A DNA stretch of 64,000 nt from Phycisphaerae bacterium. GTDB lineage: Bacteria; Planctomycetota; Phycisphaerae; UBA1845; Fen-1342. The stretch spans positions 64,001 to 128,000 of the forward strand of contig CAXXWX010000003.1 of assembly GCA_963675745.2 (NCBI GenBank), in the 5' to 3' direction. The notes below the pieces were generated by a model. The model was not told the origin of the DNA, did no database searches, and saw nothing but the letters and a program-made list of their open reading frames with translations. Both the position numbers and the translations under genes were made by a program. Within the stretch, counting starts at the first letter, position 1. The number at the start of each line of letters is the position of its first letter. Below, piece after piece: positions 9,337 through 19,496 of this stretch.

Positions 9337-10578
9337 TCAGGGTGCGTCAGTGCTCCACGCCGCGTCGGCTGCTTCGTCGGCCGCTGACATCCCCAGCGTG
9401 CCGTCATCCCCGCCTGTGCGATTGGTCAATGTCTGGCCGCTGCCTTCGTCGAACGGCCAGTAGCCAAGCAAACCCGTCGATGCTGCGGACGGCGCCGCGC
9501 TCCAGCTTGCCGCGATGTCATTGGCGTCGCGCGCGATGGACCAGAAGGCCACGCGCGACACCTTGCCCTCAAAGCCCTGGCCGATCGTCAGCGCCGAAAC
9601 CGAGATGTCACCGCTCAATGCGCCGGTCTTGAGCTGCTGCCCGTTGAGATAGATTGCCGCGCCCGCCGCACTGTCGTAGGTGACGGCGACGTGTTGCCAG
9701 TTACCCGCCAGGCTGGGAGCGGTGGCTTGTACGGTGTCACTGTCCTTGCGCACGCGTATTTCGTTGCTGCCGGGAGCGACGTCGATCACCAGGGCTTGCG
9801 CGCCAATCGACGCCACCATCCCGCCGTCGGTAGCGGCGTTGACCCAGGCCTCAAACGTGCAGGCGGTCAGAGACCCGGCACCTGTGACCGGCAGCGTCGC
9901 GTACTGCGTGCCGTCGAATTGCAGCGATTTGGCGGCGGTGCCCTCGGTCGAACCGACGTTGATCGTGATCTCGGCGGTGTCCTCCATACCGCCGGCGGAG
10001 ACGACGCGCAGCATCACGACATAGTCACCCTCCGCCTGATACTGGTGGAAGGGCTGTGTGTTGCGCGAGACGCTCCCGTCACCGAAATCCCAGTAATAAT
10101 CGCGGATCTCATCCGCGCCAGCACTGCTGTCGGTCCCGTCAAAGACGACGGTCAGCGGTGCGGGGCCGCTGGTAATGTCGGCGCCGATTACGGCGTCGGC
10201 GGGGTCGTCGCCATATGCACGAACGCGCGTGAATGTGGTTCCCTGGTTGCCGGCCGTATCGGTGACCGTGAGGAATATGTCGTAGCCGCCGGGCTGCTCG
10301 AACGTGTATGTGGCGACCGGGCCCGTGAACTGCGCCAAACCGTCGAAGTCCCACGCGTAAGTGGCGATCGCGCCGGCCGTGGATGACGAGCTGTCGCCAA
10401 AGGCGGTAACGATGTGCGGGGCCGGCCCTTCGCTCGACGTGACGATGATCTCCGCGCTGACCGGGCCGCCGCCGACTTGCGCTGAGTCGCCCGCGGGGCA
10501 CCCGGTGATCAGGAGCCCGGCAGAGGCAAGGAGCACCAGGAGAGCAATGGCTGTATCACGAGCGGGTGCGTACTTCAT
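9337..10578 (-). CDS. Lipoprotein with two PKD domains and a LamG/ConA-like domain
   Basis: Lipobox LITGC; YAWDFDG and YYWDFGDG PKD motifs; TFEAWV, WQHVAVTYD, LLGYWPFDEG LamG motifs. Confidence 0.88.
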   Translation of the reverse strand: MKYAPARDTAIALLVLLASAGLLITGCPAGDSAQVGGGPVSAEIIVTSSEGPAPHIVTAFGDSSSSTAGAIATYAWDFDGLAQFTGPVATYTFEQPGGYDIFLTVTDTAGNQGTTFTRVRAYGDDPADAVIGADITSGPAPLTVVFDGTDSSAGADEIRDYYWDFGDGSVSRNTQPFHQYQAEGDYVVMLRVVSAGGMEDTAEITINVGSTEGTAAKSLQFDGTQYATLPVTGAGSLTACTFEAWVNAATDGGMVASIGAQALVIDVAPGSNEIRVRKDSDTVQATAPSLAGNWQHVAVTYDSAAGAAIYLNGQQLKTGALSGDISVSALTIGQGFEGKVSRVAFWSIARDANDIAASWSAAPSAASTGLLGYWPFDEGSGQTLTNRTGGDDGTLGMSAADEAADAAWSTDAP

Positions 10579-10797
10579 GGATCAAGCTCCGGAAGTTTCT
10601 TGTACGCGCTGCCGGGAATCCCATCCCGGCATCAATCGAGGCGCGGAGAATTATAACGCCCCCGCAGTGTCTGCCGACAGGCCCCCGCAAAGCGGCGGCG
10701 CAGGCAAGAGGGCCGGTAGTCGCCGTGCGAAGCTACCGACCCTCTAAGTGTTCACCAGCCGCAACGCTGACCGCGGTGCCGGAGATGGCGCCCGTGG

Positions 10798-11982
10798 TTA
10801 CTCGGTAGAGGTCTCGTCCGTGATGTCCTCCGTCGAGCTGACTGCGCTGACCGGGGTGACGTCCGTGTCTTCCCCGTGATCTCCAGTGAGGATGGTTGTC
10901 GTATCGACCGTGTTGGTTTCCGCAATGGCGGCGTCAAGGACCATGCCTCTGGCCTCGTCGAGAATGTGAGATCGTGAGCCGGTCGAACGGCGTCGGGCCC
11001 GCGACTTTGTCTCACTGAGCGCCACGCGCACCTCCGAGAAGGCCCGCTTGACGCTCGCCAGGGCGTTCTCGGCGCTGCGGTTCTGGTTGCGCAGCGACAT
11101 GAGCTCGGTTTCATAAAACTGACGTTGCTCCGCCAGCCGTGCGTTCTCACGTTCGAGATGGGCGACGTGTGCCTGAATGGCCTTCTTGTCGGTGCGCAGC
11201 GACTCGATTTTCTCTTCAAGCTGCGCCTGGACACGCGTGAGTTCGCTGCCGCGATCTTCGGCGTTACGCAGGGACATCTCGATGGTGGCCTTGGCCTTGC
11301 GCAGTTCGTCGATTGTGATTTCGCTGTCGCGGAGCTTGTCCTGGGCGATGGCCTGGGCATCGAGTGCCTCGCGATGGTCGCGTTCGAGTCCTTCATACTT
11401 CCCGGCGATGCTCTTCAGATCGCTCTTCAGCCCGTCGCGTTCCTTGCGGACGGCCCAGAAGTCTTCGAGCTGCTTGTTCGCCGACTTCAGCTCGCCCGTC
11501 AGGCGCATGCTCTCTTTCTGCGCGACGAGCAGTTGCTCGTTGGCGCGTTGCATCCGCCGCGTTGCGTCCGCCAGCTCCTCCTCGAGCACCGCGCTGTCCT
11601 GGCGTGATTGCTCGAGCGACTCGATACGCGTTTGAGAGGTGACAACCTGCCACTCGAATTCCTGGATCTTCTGATTAGCCGCGTGCAGCTCTGACGTGCG
11701 TCTGCTGAGCTCGGCTTCCAGCGTTTCGCGTTGCTCCTGATAAGCGTCGAGCTGGTCTTCGAGTTCGTTGATCACCGTCAGAACGTCATTGCGCTCGTCG
11801 AGGTACATGTCCTCGAAGCCCTCGCCGCTGCGCACGGGCCGCGTCGGGTTCTGCTCGATGGGCCCGTCATCAGTTACGCCGGGCTGGTTGGCGTCGTTAG
11901 CGGTTGCGGGTTCGTCCGCGGGAGGATTGCTCGGCGTCTTGTCGTTTCGGTTGCCGGCCTTACGCGTGTTGCTGTCACTCAT
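10798..11982 (-). CDS. Long coiled-coil protein with disordered head and tail
   Basis: About 270 aa of E/Q/R/L/A-rich heptad sequence between a Pro/Asp-rich N-terminus and a Thr/Asp-rich C-terminus; no TM or enzyme motif; GAGG RBS-like sequence upstream. Confidence 0.8.
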   Translation of the reverse strand: MSDSNTRKAGNRNDKTPSNPPADEPATANDANQPGVTDDGPIEQNPTRPVRSGEGFEDMYLDERNDVLTVINELEDQLDAYQEQRETLEAELSRRTSELHAANQKIQEFEWQVVTSQTRIESLEQSRQDSAVLEEELADATRRMQRANEQLLVAQKESMRLTGELKSANKQLEDFWAVRKERDGLKSDLKSIAGKYEGLERDHREALDAQAIAQDKLRDSEITIDELRKAKATIEMSLRNAEDRGSELTRVQAQLEEKIESLRTDKKAIQAHVAHLERENARLAEQRQFYETELMSLRNQNRSAENALASVKRAFSEVRVALSETKSRARRRSTGSRSHILDEARGMVLDAAIAETNTVDTTTILTGDHGEDTDVTPVSAVSSTEDITDETSTE

Positions 11983-12421
11983 CGTAACTCGTCCTCGCTG
12001 GGCAAACGTTCAGGTCACCGCTGCCATCCATGCGTCTGGAATCACCTGGGGCGGGTCCGCACACAGGCTCGTCACCATTCGCTATCGGTGGGGCAGGCGC
12101 GGCGTCTTGACCTGTTTGTATCGGTCCTGCGGAGAACCGTGCGCGGGCGCACAATCGGCCGACGCGCCGGCTGGCATAGACCGGCCCGCAGCGGTACTGG
12201 GGGCAGTGTACGTCCGATAGTGTTTGGGGCTGAATCGGCCAATTTCGCCCGTAATCACCGTCGTGCTTGATCCGGACGACCCCTATCGCGTACGCTATTG
12301 TACGTAGCTATGGGGCAAGACTCTTGGGTGCGCGAACCCTCCGCCCGCGCGCTCCGACGGCGGCTGTCAGCCGTTGCGAGCGACCAACTCCAGCGGGCAC
12401 AATCCGAAAGGAGTTTGTTAG

Positions 12422-15400
12422 ATGATCTGCCGACCCGCCGTTTCTGCCACAGGGGTATGCTGCGCGCTGATCGCCGGAATTTTCACTGCCGGGGCCGGCC
12501 CTGCGGCGCTGGCGGACGGCGACGTCGTTCGCATCACCGGTGCGGATGCACGCCAGTTGGCGACCGACAAGGGCCTCACCATCCGCGAGGAGACGACGCA
12601 CGGCGTCATCGAGCTACAGGCGTTTCTGAACGGACTCCCACGCTATTACATGACCAACAACGAAGATGCCGCCGACAGTATCAGCACCGACGAGTGCCAC
12701 CCGGGCGGCTCGACCGGGTTCGGACTTGACGGCTCGGGCGTCACGCTCGGCGTGTGGGACGGCGGGGGCGTGCGCACCAGTCACCAGGAATTCGGCGGCC
12801 GCGCCACGCAGATGGACTCACCCAGCGGCACACATTACCACTCCACCCACGTGGCCGGCACGATGATCGCCTCGGGCGTGCAGTCGGCCGCCAAGGGCAT
12901 GTCGTTCGCCGGCGACCTCGACTGCTGGGACTGGGACAACGATACCACCGAGATGCGCAGTGCCGCCAGCAGTGGCCTGCGCGTCTCCAACCACTCATAC
13001 GGCTTCGTCCACGGCTGGACATACAACTACTCCTACTACGAGTGGTTCTGGTACGGCGACGTCAACGTCAGCACGACAGAGGAGTACTGGTTCGGCTTCT
13101 ACAGCGATTACACGGAGGAGCTGGACGACATCGCGCGCGACTATCCCTATTACCTGATCTGCAAATCAGCCGGCAACGACCGCAACGATGATGGCCCCGG
13201 CCCCGGCGGCGGGCACTACTACTACAACCCCAGTTCCGGTTACTGGGAGTGGAGCACGACTACACGCGACCCGGACGGTGACTGGGATTGTGTCGGCACA
13301 CAGGGATCCGCCAAGAACATCCTCACAGTCGCCGCCGTCGAAGATGTCATCGGCGGCTACTCCGGCACCGGTAGCGTTTCTATGAGCTCGTTCTCATCAT
13401 GGGGGCCCACTGATGACGGGCGCATCAAGCCTGACATCGCCGCCAACGGCGTCGGCCTGTATTCCACCATGGATGGCAGCAACAGCGATTATGACTCGCT
13501 CTCAGGCACGTCGATGTCGACGCCGAACGCCAGCGGCTCGATGGGCATACTCATCGAACACTGGCGCGACACGCACGCCGGCGACATGCGCGCCGCAACG
13601 CTCAAGGGGCTGGTGCTGCACACGGCTGACGAGTGCGGTTCGGCCAATGGGCCCGATTACAAGTTCGGCTGGGGGCTGATGAACACCAAGACCGCGGCCG
13701 AGACGATCTCAGAGGACGTGTCGGAGCCGCTGACCATCAGCGAGCAGACGCTGAGCAACGGCGGCACGTATGAGCTGTACGTGACTACCGACGGTTCGGC
13801 GAGCGAACTGCGGGCTTCGATCTGCTGGACCGATGTACCCGGCACGCCGCCCAGCCCCGCGGTTGACCCATCAACCAAGATGCTGGTCAATGATCTCGAC
13901 CTGCGCGTTATCAAGGATTCGCCGAGCACCACCTACTATCCCTGGGTGTTGAACCCGGCCAGTCCGAACAGCGCCGCGACCACCGGCGACAACAATACCG
14001 ACAACGTCGAGCAGGTCGTCGTCACCAGCCCGGGTACGAACAACTACACCGTGCGCATCACGCACAAGAGCTCACTCAGTGGTGGCAGCCAGGCATTCTC
14101 ACTGATCATCACCGGGGCGGCGTCAATCAGCGATAGCCAGATCACGGACTGCAACAACAACGGCGTGCCCGATGACCAGGATATCGCTCTCGGCACCAGC
14201 CAGGATTGTGACACCAATGGCGTTCCGGATGAGTGCCAGACCGACAGCGACAACGATGGCGTGATCGACCCGTGCGACGGCTGCCCTAGCGACCCGGACA
14301 AGACCGATCCGGGCGTCTGCGGCTGCGGCGTACCGGACACGGACTCGGACAGCGATGGTACGCCGGATTGCAATGATGGCTGCCCGAACGATCCCAATAA
14401 GATCGCACCGGGTGTGTGCGGATGCGGCACACCGGACACCGATTCGGACAGCGACGGTACGCCCGATTGCATAGACGGCTGCCCGAGCGACCCCGACAAG
14501 ACTGAGCCGGGCATCTGTGGTTGCGGCACGCCTGACACTGATTCGGATAGTGACGGTACGCCCGATTGCAACGACAACTGTCCGAATGATCCGGACAAAG
14601 TCGAGCCCGGCATCTGTGGGTGCGGTGTGCCCGACACCGACTCCGACAGCGACGGCACGCCCGATTGCAATGACGGCTGCCCGAACGATCCAGACAAGAT
14701 TGATCCAGGCATCTGTGGTTGCGGAACGCCGGACACCGACTCGGACAGTGATGGCACACCCGATTGCATAGACGGCTGCCCGAACGACCCGGACAAGATT
14801 GATCCAGGCATCTGCGGTTGTGGCACGCCGGACACTGATTCGGACAGCGACGGAACACCCGACTGTAACGACGGTTGCCCGGACGACCCGAACAAGGTTG
14901 ATCCCGGCATCTGTGGTTGCGGAACGCCGGACACCGATTCGGACAGCGACGGCACTCCCGACTGCATAGACGGCTGTCCAAGCGACCCGGACAAGATTGA
15001 TCCTGGCGTCTGCGGTTGCGGCACACCAGATACCGATTCGGACAGCGATGGCACTCCCGATTGCAATGACAACTGCCCGGACGATCCGAACAAGACGGAG
15101 CCGGGTGTGTGCGGTTGTGGCACCCCCGACACCGACTCCGACAGCGACGGCACGCCGGATTGCAACGACAACTGCCCGAATGATCCGAACAAGGTCGAGC
15201 CAGGCATCTGCGGCTGCGGCGTCCCGGACACCGATTCGGACAGCGACGGTACTCCCGATTGCAACGACGGCTGCCCAAACGACCCGGACAAGATTGATCC
15301 AGGCATCTGCGGCTGCGGCGTCCCGGACACCGACTCGGACAGCGACGGCACGCCCGATTGCAACGACGGCTGCCCAAACGACCCGGACAAGATTGATCCA

Positions 15401-17263
15401 GGCATCTGCGGCTGCGGCGTCCCGGACACCGACTCGGACAGCGACGGCACGCCGGACTGCAACGACAACTGCCCGAACGACCCGAATAAGGTCGAACCTG
15501 GTGACTGTGGCTGCGGCATACCGGATACCGACTCCGACAGCGACGGCACCGCTGATTGCATCGACGGCTGCCCGAGCGATCCAGACAAGACCGATCCGGG
15601 TGTGTGCGGCTGTGGCACGCCCGACACCGATTCGGACAGTGACGGCACGCCGGATTGCATAGACGGCTGCCCGAGCGACCCTGACAAGACCGATCCCGGC
15701 GTCTGCGGCTGCGGCATACCGGACACCGATTCGGACAGCGACGGCACGCCCGACTGCAACGACAACTGCCCGAACGACCCGAATAAGGTCGAACCTGGTG
15801 ACTGCGGCTGCGGCATACCGGACACCGACTCGGACAGCGACGGCACGCCGGACTGCAACGACAACTGCCCGAACGACCCGAATAAGGTCGAACCTGGTGA
15901 CTGTGGCTGCGGCATACCGGATACCGACTCCGACAGCGACGGCACCGCTGATTGCATCGACGGCTGCCCGAGCGATCCAGACAAGACCGATCCGGGTGTG
16001 TGCGGCTGTGGCACGCCCGACACCGATTCGGACAGTGACGGCACGCCGGATTGCATAGATGGCTGCCCGAGCGACCCTGACAAGACCGATCCCGGCGTCT
16101 GCGGCTGCGGCATACCGGACACCGATTCGGACAGCGACGGCACCCCCGACTGCAACGACGGCTGCCCAAACGACCCGGACAAGATTGATCCGGGCATCTG
16201 CGGCTGCGGCGTCCCGGACACCGATTCGGACAGCGACGGCACCCCCGACTGCAACGACAACTGCCCCAACGACCCGAACAAGGTCGAGCCGGGTGTGTGC
16301 GGTTGCGGTGTCGCAGATGTGGACACGGATGAGGACGGGTATTTTGACTGCGAAGACAACTGCCCGGATCACGCCAATCCGGCCCAGCTCGATTGCGATA
16401 CCGACGGCATTGGTGACGTGTGCGCGATCGCGACCGGCGTGAGCGTTGACTGTAACGCCAACGGCGCGCCAGATGACTGCGAGGTCGATCTCGGTCTCGT
16501 TGACGACTGCAACGGGAACGGCGTGCCGGATGCATGTGAGGTTGGTGGCACCGTGGGTCTGTCAGGCGCGTATTACGCGACCGATGACCTCAGCGGGCCT
16601 CCGCTTGGGCGCATAGACGCGGGCGTCGCGTTCGACTGGGGCACCGGTGCCCCGTGGACGGCGTTCGTCGAGGACAACTTCAGCGCCCGCTGGAATGGAT
16701 ACATACACACGACCGCCGCCGCGGGCCTGTACACCTTCTACACGTACACCGACGACGGCGCGCGCCTGTGGGTTGATGGTCTACTGATCGTGGACCACTG
16801 GGTGGCCCAATCGCCGACCGAATGGTCCGGCACCATCACGCTCGACGCCGATCGCGATTACGAGCTGGTGTTCGAGTACTACGAGGCGGGTGGTGGTGCG
16901 GTTGCCGAGTTGCGCTGGGAGCCGCCCGGCGGTGCCAAGGAGGTCATCCCGAGCACCAACCTGGCGCCGGCACGCGACTGCAATACCAACGGCGTGCCCG
17001 ACCTGTGTGACATTAACGGCGGCGGCAGTGCCGATGACAACGGCAACGGCATCCCCGATGAGTGCGAGGGCGACCTGCTCGGCGACATGAACTGCGACGG
17101 GCTGGTCAACAACGGCGACATCGACGCCTTTGTGCTTGCCGTCACTCAACCCGCCGTGTACGAGGCCGCCTATCCTGATTGCAATATCTTCAACGCCGAC
17201 TGCAACGGCGATGGATTGGTGAACAACGGCGATATTGATTCGTTTGTCGCGTTGCTCTCCTAG
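12422..17263 (+). CDS. Secreted S8 (subtilisin-like) peptidase with TSP3-like Cys/Asp repeats, PA14 domain and C-terminal dockerin-like domain
   Basis: Signal peptide ending ALA; triad GVWDGG / HSTHVAGT / SGTSMSTP; DNFSARWNG..TDDGARLWVDG (PA14); GDMNCDGLVNNGDID..ADCNGDGLVNNGDID (dockerin-like); AAGGAG RBS. Confidence 0.93.
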   Translation: MICRPAVSATGVCCALIAGIFTAGAGPAALADGDVVRITGADARQLATDKGLTIREETTHGVIELQAFLNGLPRYYMTNNEDAADSISTDECHPGGSTGFGLDGSGVTLGVWDGGGVRTSHQEFGGRATQMDSPSGTHYHSTHVAGTMIASGVQSAAKGMSFAGDLDCWDWDNDTTEMRSAASSGLRVSNHSYGFVHGWTYNYSYYEWFWYGDVNVSTTEEYWFGFYSDYTEELDDIARDYPYYLICKSAGNDRNDDGPGPGGGHYYYNPSSGYWEWSTTTRDPDGDWDCVGTQGSAKNILTVAAVEDVIGGYSGTGSVSMSSFSSWGPTDDGRIKPDIAANGVGLYSTMDGSNSDYDSLSGTSMSTPNASGSMGILIEHWRDTHAGDMRAATLKGLVLHTADECGSANGPDYKFGWGLMNTKTAAETISEDVSEPLTISEQTLSNGGTYELYVTTDGSASELRASICWTDVPGTPPSPAVDPSTKMLVNDLDLRVIKDSPSTTYYPWVLNPASPNSAATTGDNNTDNVEQVVVTSPGTNNYTVRITHKSSLSGGSQAFSLIITGAASISDSQITDCNNNGVPDDQDIALGTSQDCDTNGVPDECQTDSDNDGVIDPCDGCPSDPDKTDPGVCGCGVPDTDSDSDGTPDCNDGCPNDPNKIAPGVCGCGTPDTDSDSDGTPDCIDGCPSDPDKTEPGICGCGTPDTDSDSDGTPDCNDNCPNDPDKVEPGICGCGVPDTDSDSDGTPDCNDGCPNDPDKIDPGICGCGTPDTDSDSDGTPDCIDGCPNDPDKIDPGICGCGTPDTDSDSDGTPDCNDGCPDDPNKVDPGICGCGTPDTDSDSDGTPDCIDGCPSDPDKIDPGVCGCGTPDTDSDSDGTPDCNDNCPDDPNKTEPGVCGCGTPDTDSDSDGTPDCNDNCPNDPNKVEPGICGCGVPDTDSDSDGTPDCNDGCPNDPDKIDPGICGCGVPDTDSDSDGTPDCNDGCPNDPDKIDPGICGCGVPDTDSDSDGTPDCNDNCPNDPNKVEPGDCGCGIPDTDSDSDGTADCIDGCPSDPDKTDPGVCGCGTPDTDSDSDGTPDCIDGCPSDPDKTDPGVCGCGIPDTDSDSDGTPDCNDNCPNDPNKVEPGDCGCGIPDTDSDSDGTPDCNDNCPNDPNKVEPGDCGCGIPDTDSDSDGTADCIDGCPSDPDKTDPGVCGCGTPDTDSDSDGTPDCIDGCPSDPDKTDPGVCGCGIPDTDSDSDGTPDCNDGCPNDPDKIDPGICGCGVPDTDSDSDGTPDCNDNCPNDPNKVEPGVCGCGVADVDTDEDGYFDCEDNCPDHANPAQLDCDTDGIGDVCAIATGVSVDCNANGAPDDCEVDLGLVDDCNGNGVPDACEVGGTVGLSGAYYATDDLSGPPLGRIDAGVAFDWGTGAPWTAFVEDNFSARWNGYIHTTAAAGLYTFYTYTDDGARLWVDGLLIVDHWVAQSPTEWSGTITLDADRDYELVFEYYEAGGGAVAELRWEPPGGAKEVIPSTNLAPARDCNTNGVPDLCDINGGGSADDNGNGIPDECEGDLLGDMNCDGLVNNGDIDAFVLAVTQPAVYEAAYPDCNIFNADCNGDGLVNNGDIDSFVALLS
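14240..16318 (+). repeat. 21 tandem 99-bp (33-aa) coding repeats TDSDSDGTPDCxDxCPxDPxKxxPGxCGCGxPD
   Basis: Counted from the translation; units 13-15 and 17-19 are almost nucleotide-identical (396-bp offset). Confidence 0.95.
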
Positions 17264-17388
17264 ACGAGTTTGTGGAGGAGGAAGTAGGGGAATGCGGGCC
17301 GGTCCTTGTGGCCGGCCCGCGGCACATCTGTGCGCGCGAGGCCTGGCGGACTTGACGGCCGGCGCTGCATGCCGGACCTTGTGCCATC

Positions 17389-19446
17389 ATGACGCCGACG
17401 GGCCGCGCCAAACTCATACCCGTGACCGTGCTCACCCTGGGGAGCGCGGCTGCGTTGAGCATACTCGCGCCGCGTATCTGGCCGATACTTATTCTCGACG
17501 GCGGCTACGCGCTTCTTGTGCTCGTTGCCGCGATCGGCTGGGGAGCCTGGCCGGTCGTGTGGCTGGGTATGTCGCGTGAAACACCGCTGCGGCAAACCTG
17601 CCTCGCCGCCGGGCTGGGGCTGGGTGTCACCAGCATGGTCACACTTGTGCTGGGGCTGGCCGGGTTACTCAACGGCGTCTCGGCATGGGGACTGATCTGG
17701 ATCGGCGTGACACTTGGCGTGGTGCGTCTATACCCGGTGCGCGCTGTCGGCAAGCCGGTTGGCGGCGCGGGTTCGGCCGACGCACCCATGGACACCAACC
17801 CGCGACAGATTGCCACCCAATCGCTGGTGCTGCTTGCGCTGGCGGTTCCCCTGGCTGTGATGTTGTTCGGCGCGTGTCTGCCACCGGGGCTGATCTGGAT
17901 CGGAGAGGGCCGGGGCTACGATGTGCTCGAATATCATCTTCAGGTGCCGCGCGAGTATTTCGAGGCGGGCCACATCACCTTTCTGGCGCACAACGTATAT
18001 GCCTCGTTCCCGCAGCAGGTCGAAATGCAGTACTTGCTGCTGATGCACACGGTCAGCGATCCGTACGACGCCGCCATTCCGGCCCAACTGCTACACGCCC
18101 TGATGGGCGTGCTGACGGTAGTGGCGCTGGCCGCGTGGACGCCGGCGGGGTGGGCACGGACCATCGTCGTGCTGGTGGTCGGCAGCGTACCCTGGCTGGC
18201 CTACCTGGGTTGTCTGGCCTATGTCGAGTTGGGGCTCATGTTCTTTACGGCGTTGGCCGCCGGCATCGTCACCCAGGTGCTGCGCGATGAGCGCCGGGCC
18301 GATTGGCGCTCATTCGCCGTGGCGGGGACATGCGCGGGTCTGGCGGGGGGGTGCAAATACACGGCCGTGGTGCTGGTCGCCGTCGCGCTGGCGCTTGCCT
18401 ATCTGCTTGTCAGCCGCCAGAGCTGGCAGCCCCGTGTTCAACGGTTGGCGGTGTATGCCTGCGGCGTGGCCGTCGCCCTGAGCCCCTGGCTGATTCGCAA
18501 CACGGCCTTCACGGGCAATCCCGTTTACCCGTTTGCCTACAAGGTCTTTGGCGGAATCGCCTGGAGTCCCGCACAAGACGCCCAATGGTCCGCCGGCCAT
18601 CAGCACGGCCCGGATCAGCAATCCACCGGCGCACAATTGCGCAAGGTTGTCAGCGAATTGTTCCTGTCGGGCATGTTCGGACCGGTCGTCTTTCTACTGG
18701 CGCTCGGCGGCCTGGTCTTGAGTCGCGACCGAGCCGCCGGCGAGTTGGGGCTGTGGAGCGTGCTGATGCTGGCCGCCTGGCTCTGGCTGACGCACCTGCC
18801 CGGACGCTTCCTGGTGCCACTGGTGGTGCCAATGGGGCTTCTATCCGGCAGGGTGCTGGATGTGCGGCCTCTCGGCGGGTCGCTATTCGACACTGACCGC
18901 GGCCAGCGCTCCGCCAGATGGGTGCGCTCGCCGCTTGTAGCGCTGGCCGTCGCCGGCGCGCTCTGGAACGGCGCGAACCTCTGGCACCTCCTGCGCGTGG
19001 AAGACGATGCCATGTTCGCGGAATACGGGATCTCGCTGGAAGATGTGCTCGGCGCGACGCGTGCTTGCCGTGATGGTAATCTCGTGGGCTCATCAACGCC
19101 CCCAGACTCCTATGTCTGGCTGGTTGGGCCCGCCAACGTGTTTTACGTCGATCGCGCCATGCATTACAACGCCGTTTTCAACCGGGATCCCTGGCTCCAG
19201 TACGCGAAGGAGGGACACTCGCCGGCGGAATGTATCGACTGGTTGCGCAGCCGAAACGTCACGCATGTGGTATTTTCCTGGTCCGAAATCGACCGTTTGC
19301 GGAAGACCTACGGCTTTGCCGAGATTGTCACGCACGATTGGGTGGCAAAACTGAAGGCCGCCGGGCTGCGGGAAGTCGCGGAGTTGTCCCCGCAGGAGCG
19401 GGCCAAGTACGAGTTGCTGGAAGTGGCTGATGACAGTCGTCCATAA
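17389..19446 (+). CDS. Polytopic membrane protein, probable GT-C fold (ArnT/PMT-like) glycosyltransferase
   Basis: Many TM segments; GYDVLEYHLQVP loop, LAYVE, GCKYT, WLIRN..TGNPVYPF, RFLVP; C-terminal extracytoplasmic domain. Confidence 0.7.
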   Translation: MTPTGRAKLIPVTVLTLGSAAALSILAPRIWPILILDGGYALLVLVAAIGWGAWPVVWLGMSRETPLRQTCLAAGLGLGVTSMVTLVLGLAGLLNGVSAWGLIWIGVTLGVVRLYPVRAVGKPVGGAGSADAPMDTNPRQIATQSLVLLALAVPLAVMLFGACLPPGLIWIGEGRGYDVLEYHLQVPREYFEAGHITFLAHNVYASFPQQVEMQYLLLMHTVSDPYDAAIPAQLLHALMGVLTVVALAAWTPAGWARTIVVLVVGSVPWLAYLGCLAYVELGLMFFTALAAGIVTQVLRDERRADWRSFAVAGTCAGLAGGCKYTAVVLVAVALALAYLLVSRQSWQPRVQRLAVYACGVAVALSPWLIRNTAFTGNPVYPFAYKVFGGIAWSPAQDAQWSAGHQHGPDQQSTGAQLRKVVSELFLSGMFGPVVFLLALGGLVLSRDRAAGELGLWSVLMLAAWLWLTHLPGRFLVPLVVPMGLLSGRVLDVRPLGGSLFDTDRGQRSARWVRSPLVALAVAGALWNGANLWHLLRVEDDAMFAEYGISLEDVLGATRACRDGNLVGSSTPPDSYVWLVGPANVFYVDRAMHYNAVFNRDPWLQYAKEGHSPAECIDWLRSRNVTHVVFSWSEIDRLRKTYGFAEIVTHDWVAKLKAAGLREVAELSPQERAKYELLEVADDSRP

Positions 19447-19496
19447 CGGCATCAAACAGGCGACGGCAGAATAACAGAGCGGGAGCACCTCATCGA

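Noticed and set aside
14240..16318. CRISPR- or DGR-like repeat array
   Set aside because: Contiguous in-frame coding repeats without spacers; variation is mostly synonymous and not adenine-specific; no reverse transcriptase.
14044..16535. Three 750-770 aa minus-strand ORFs
   Set aside because: Antisense shadows of the 99-bp repeats in the S8 protease gene.
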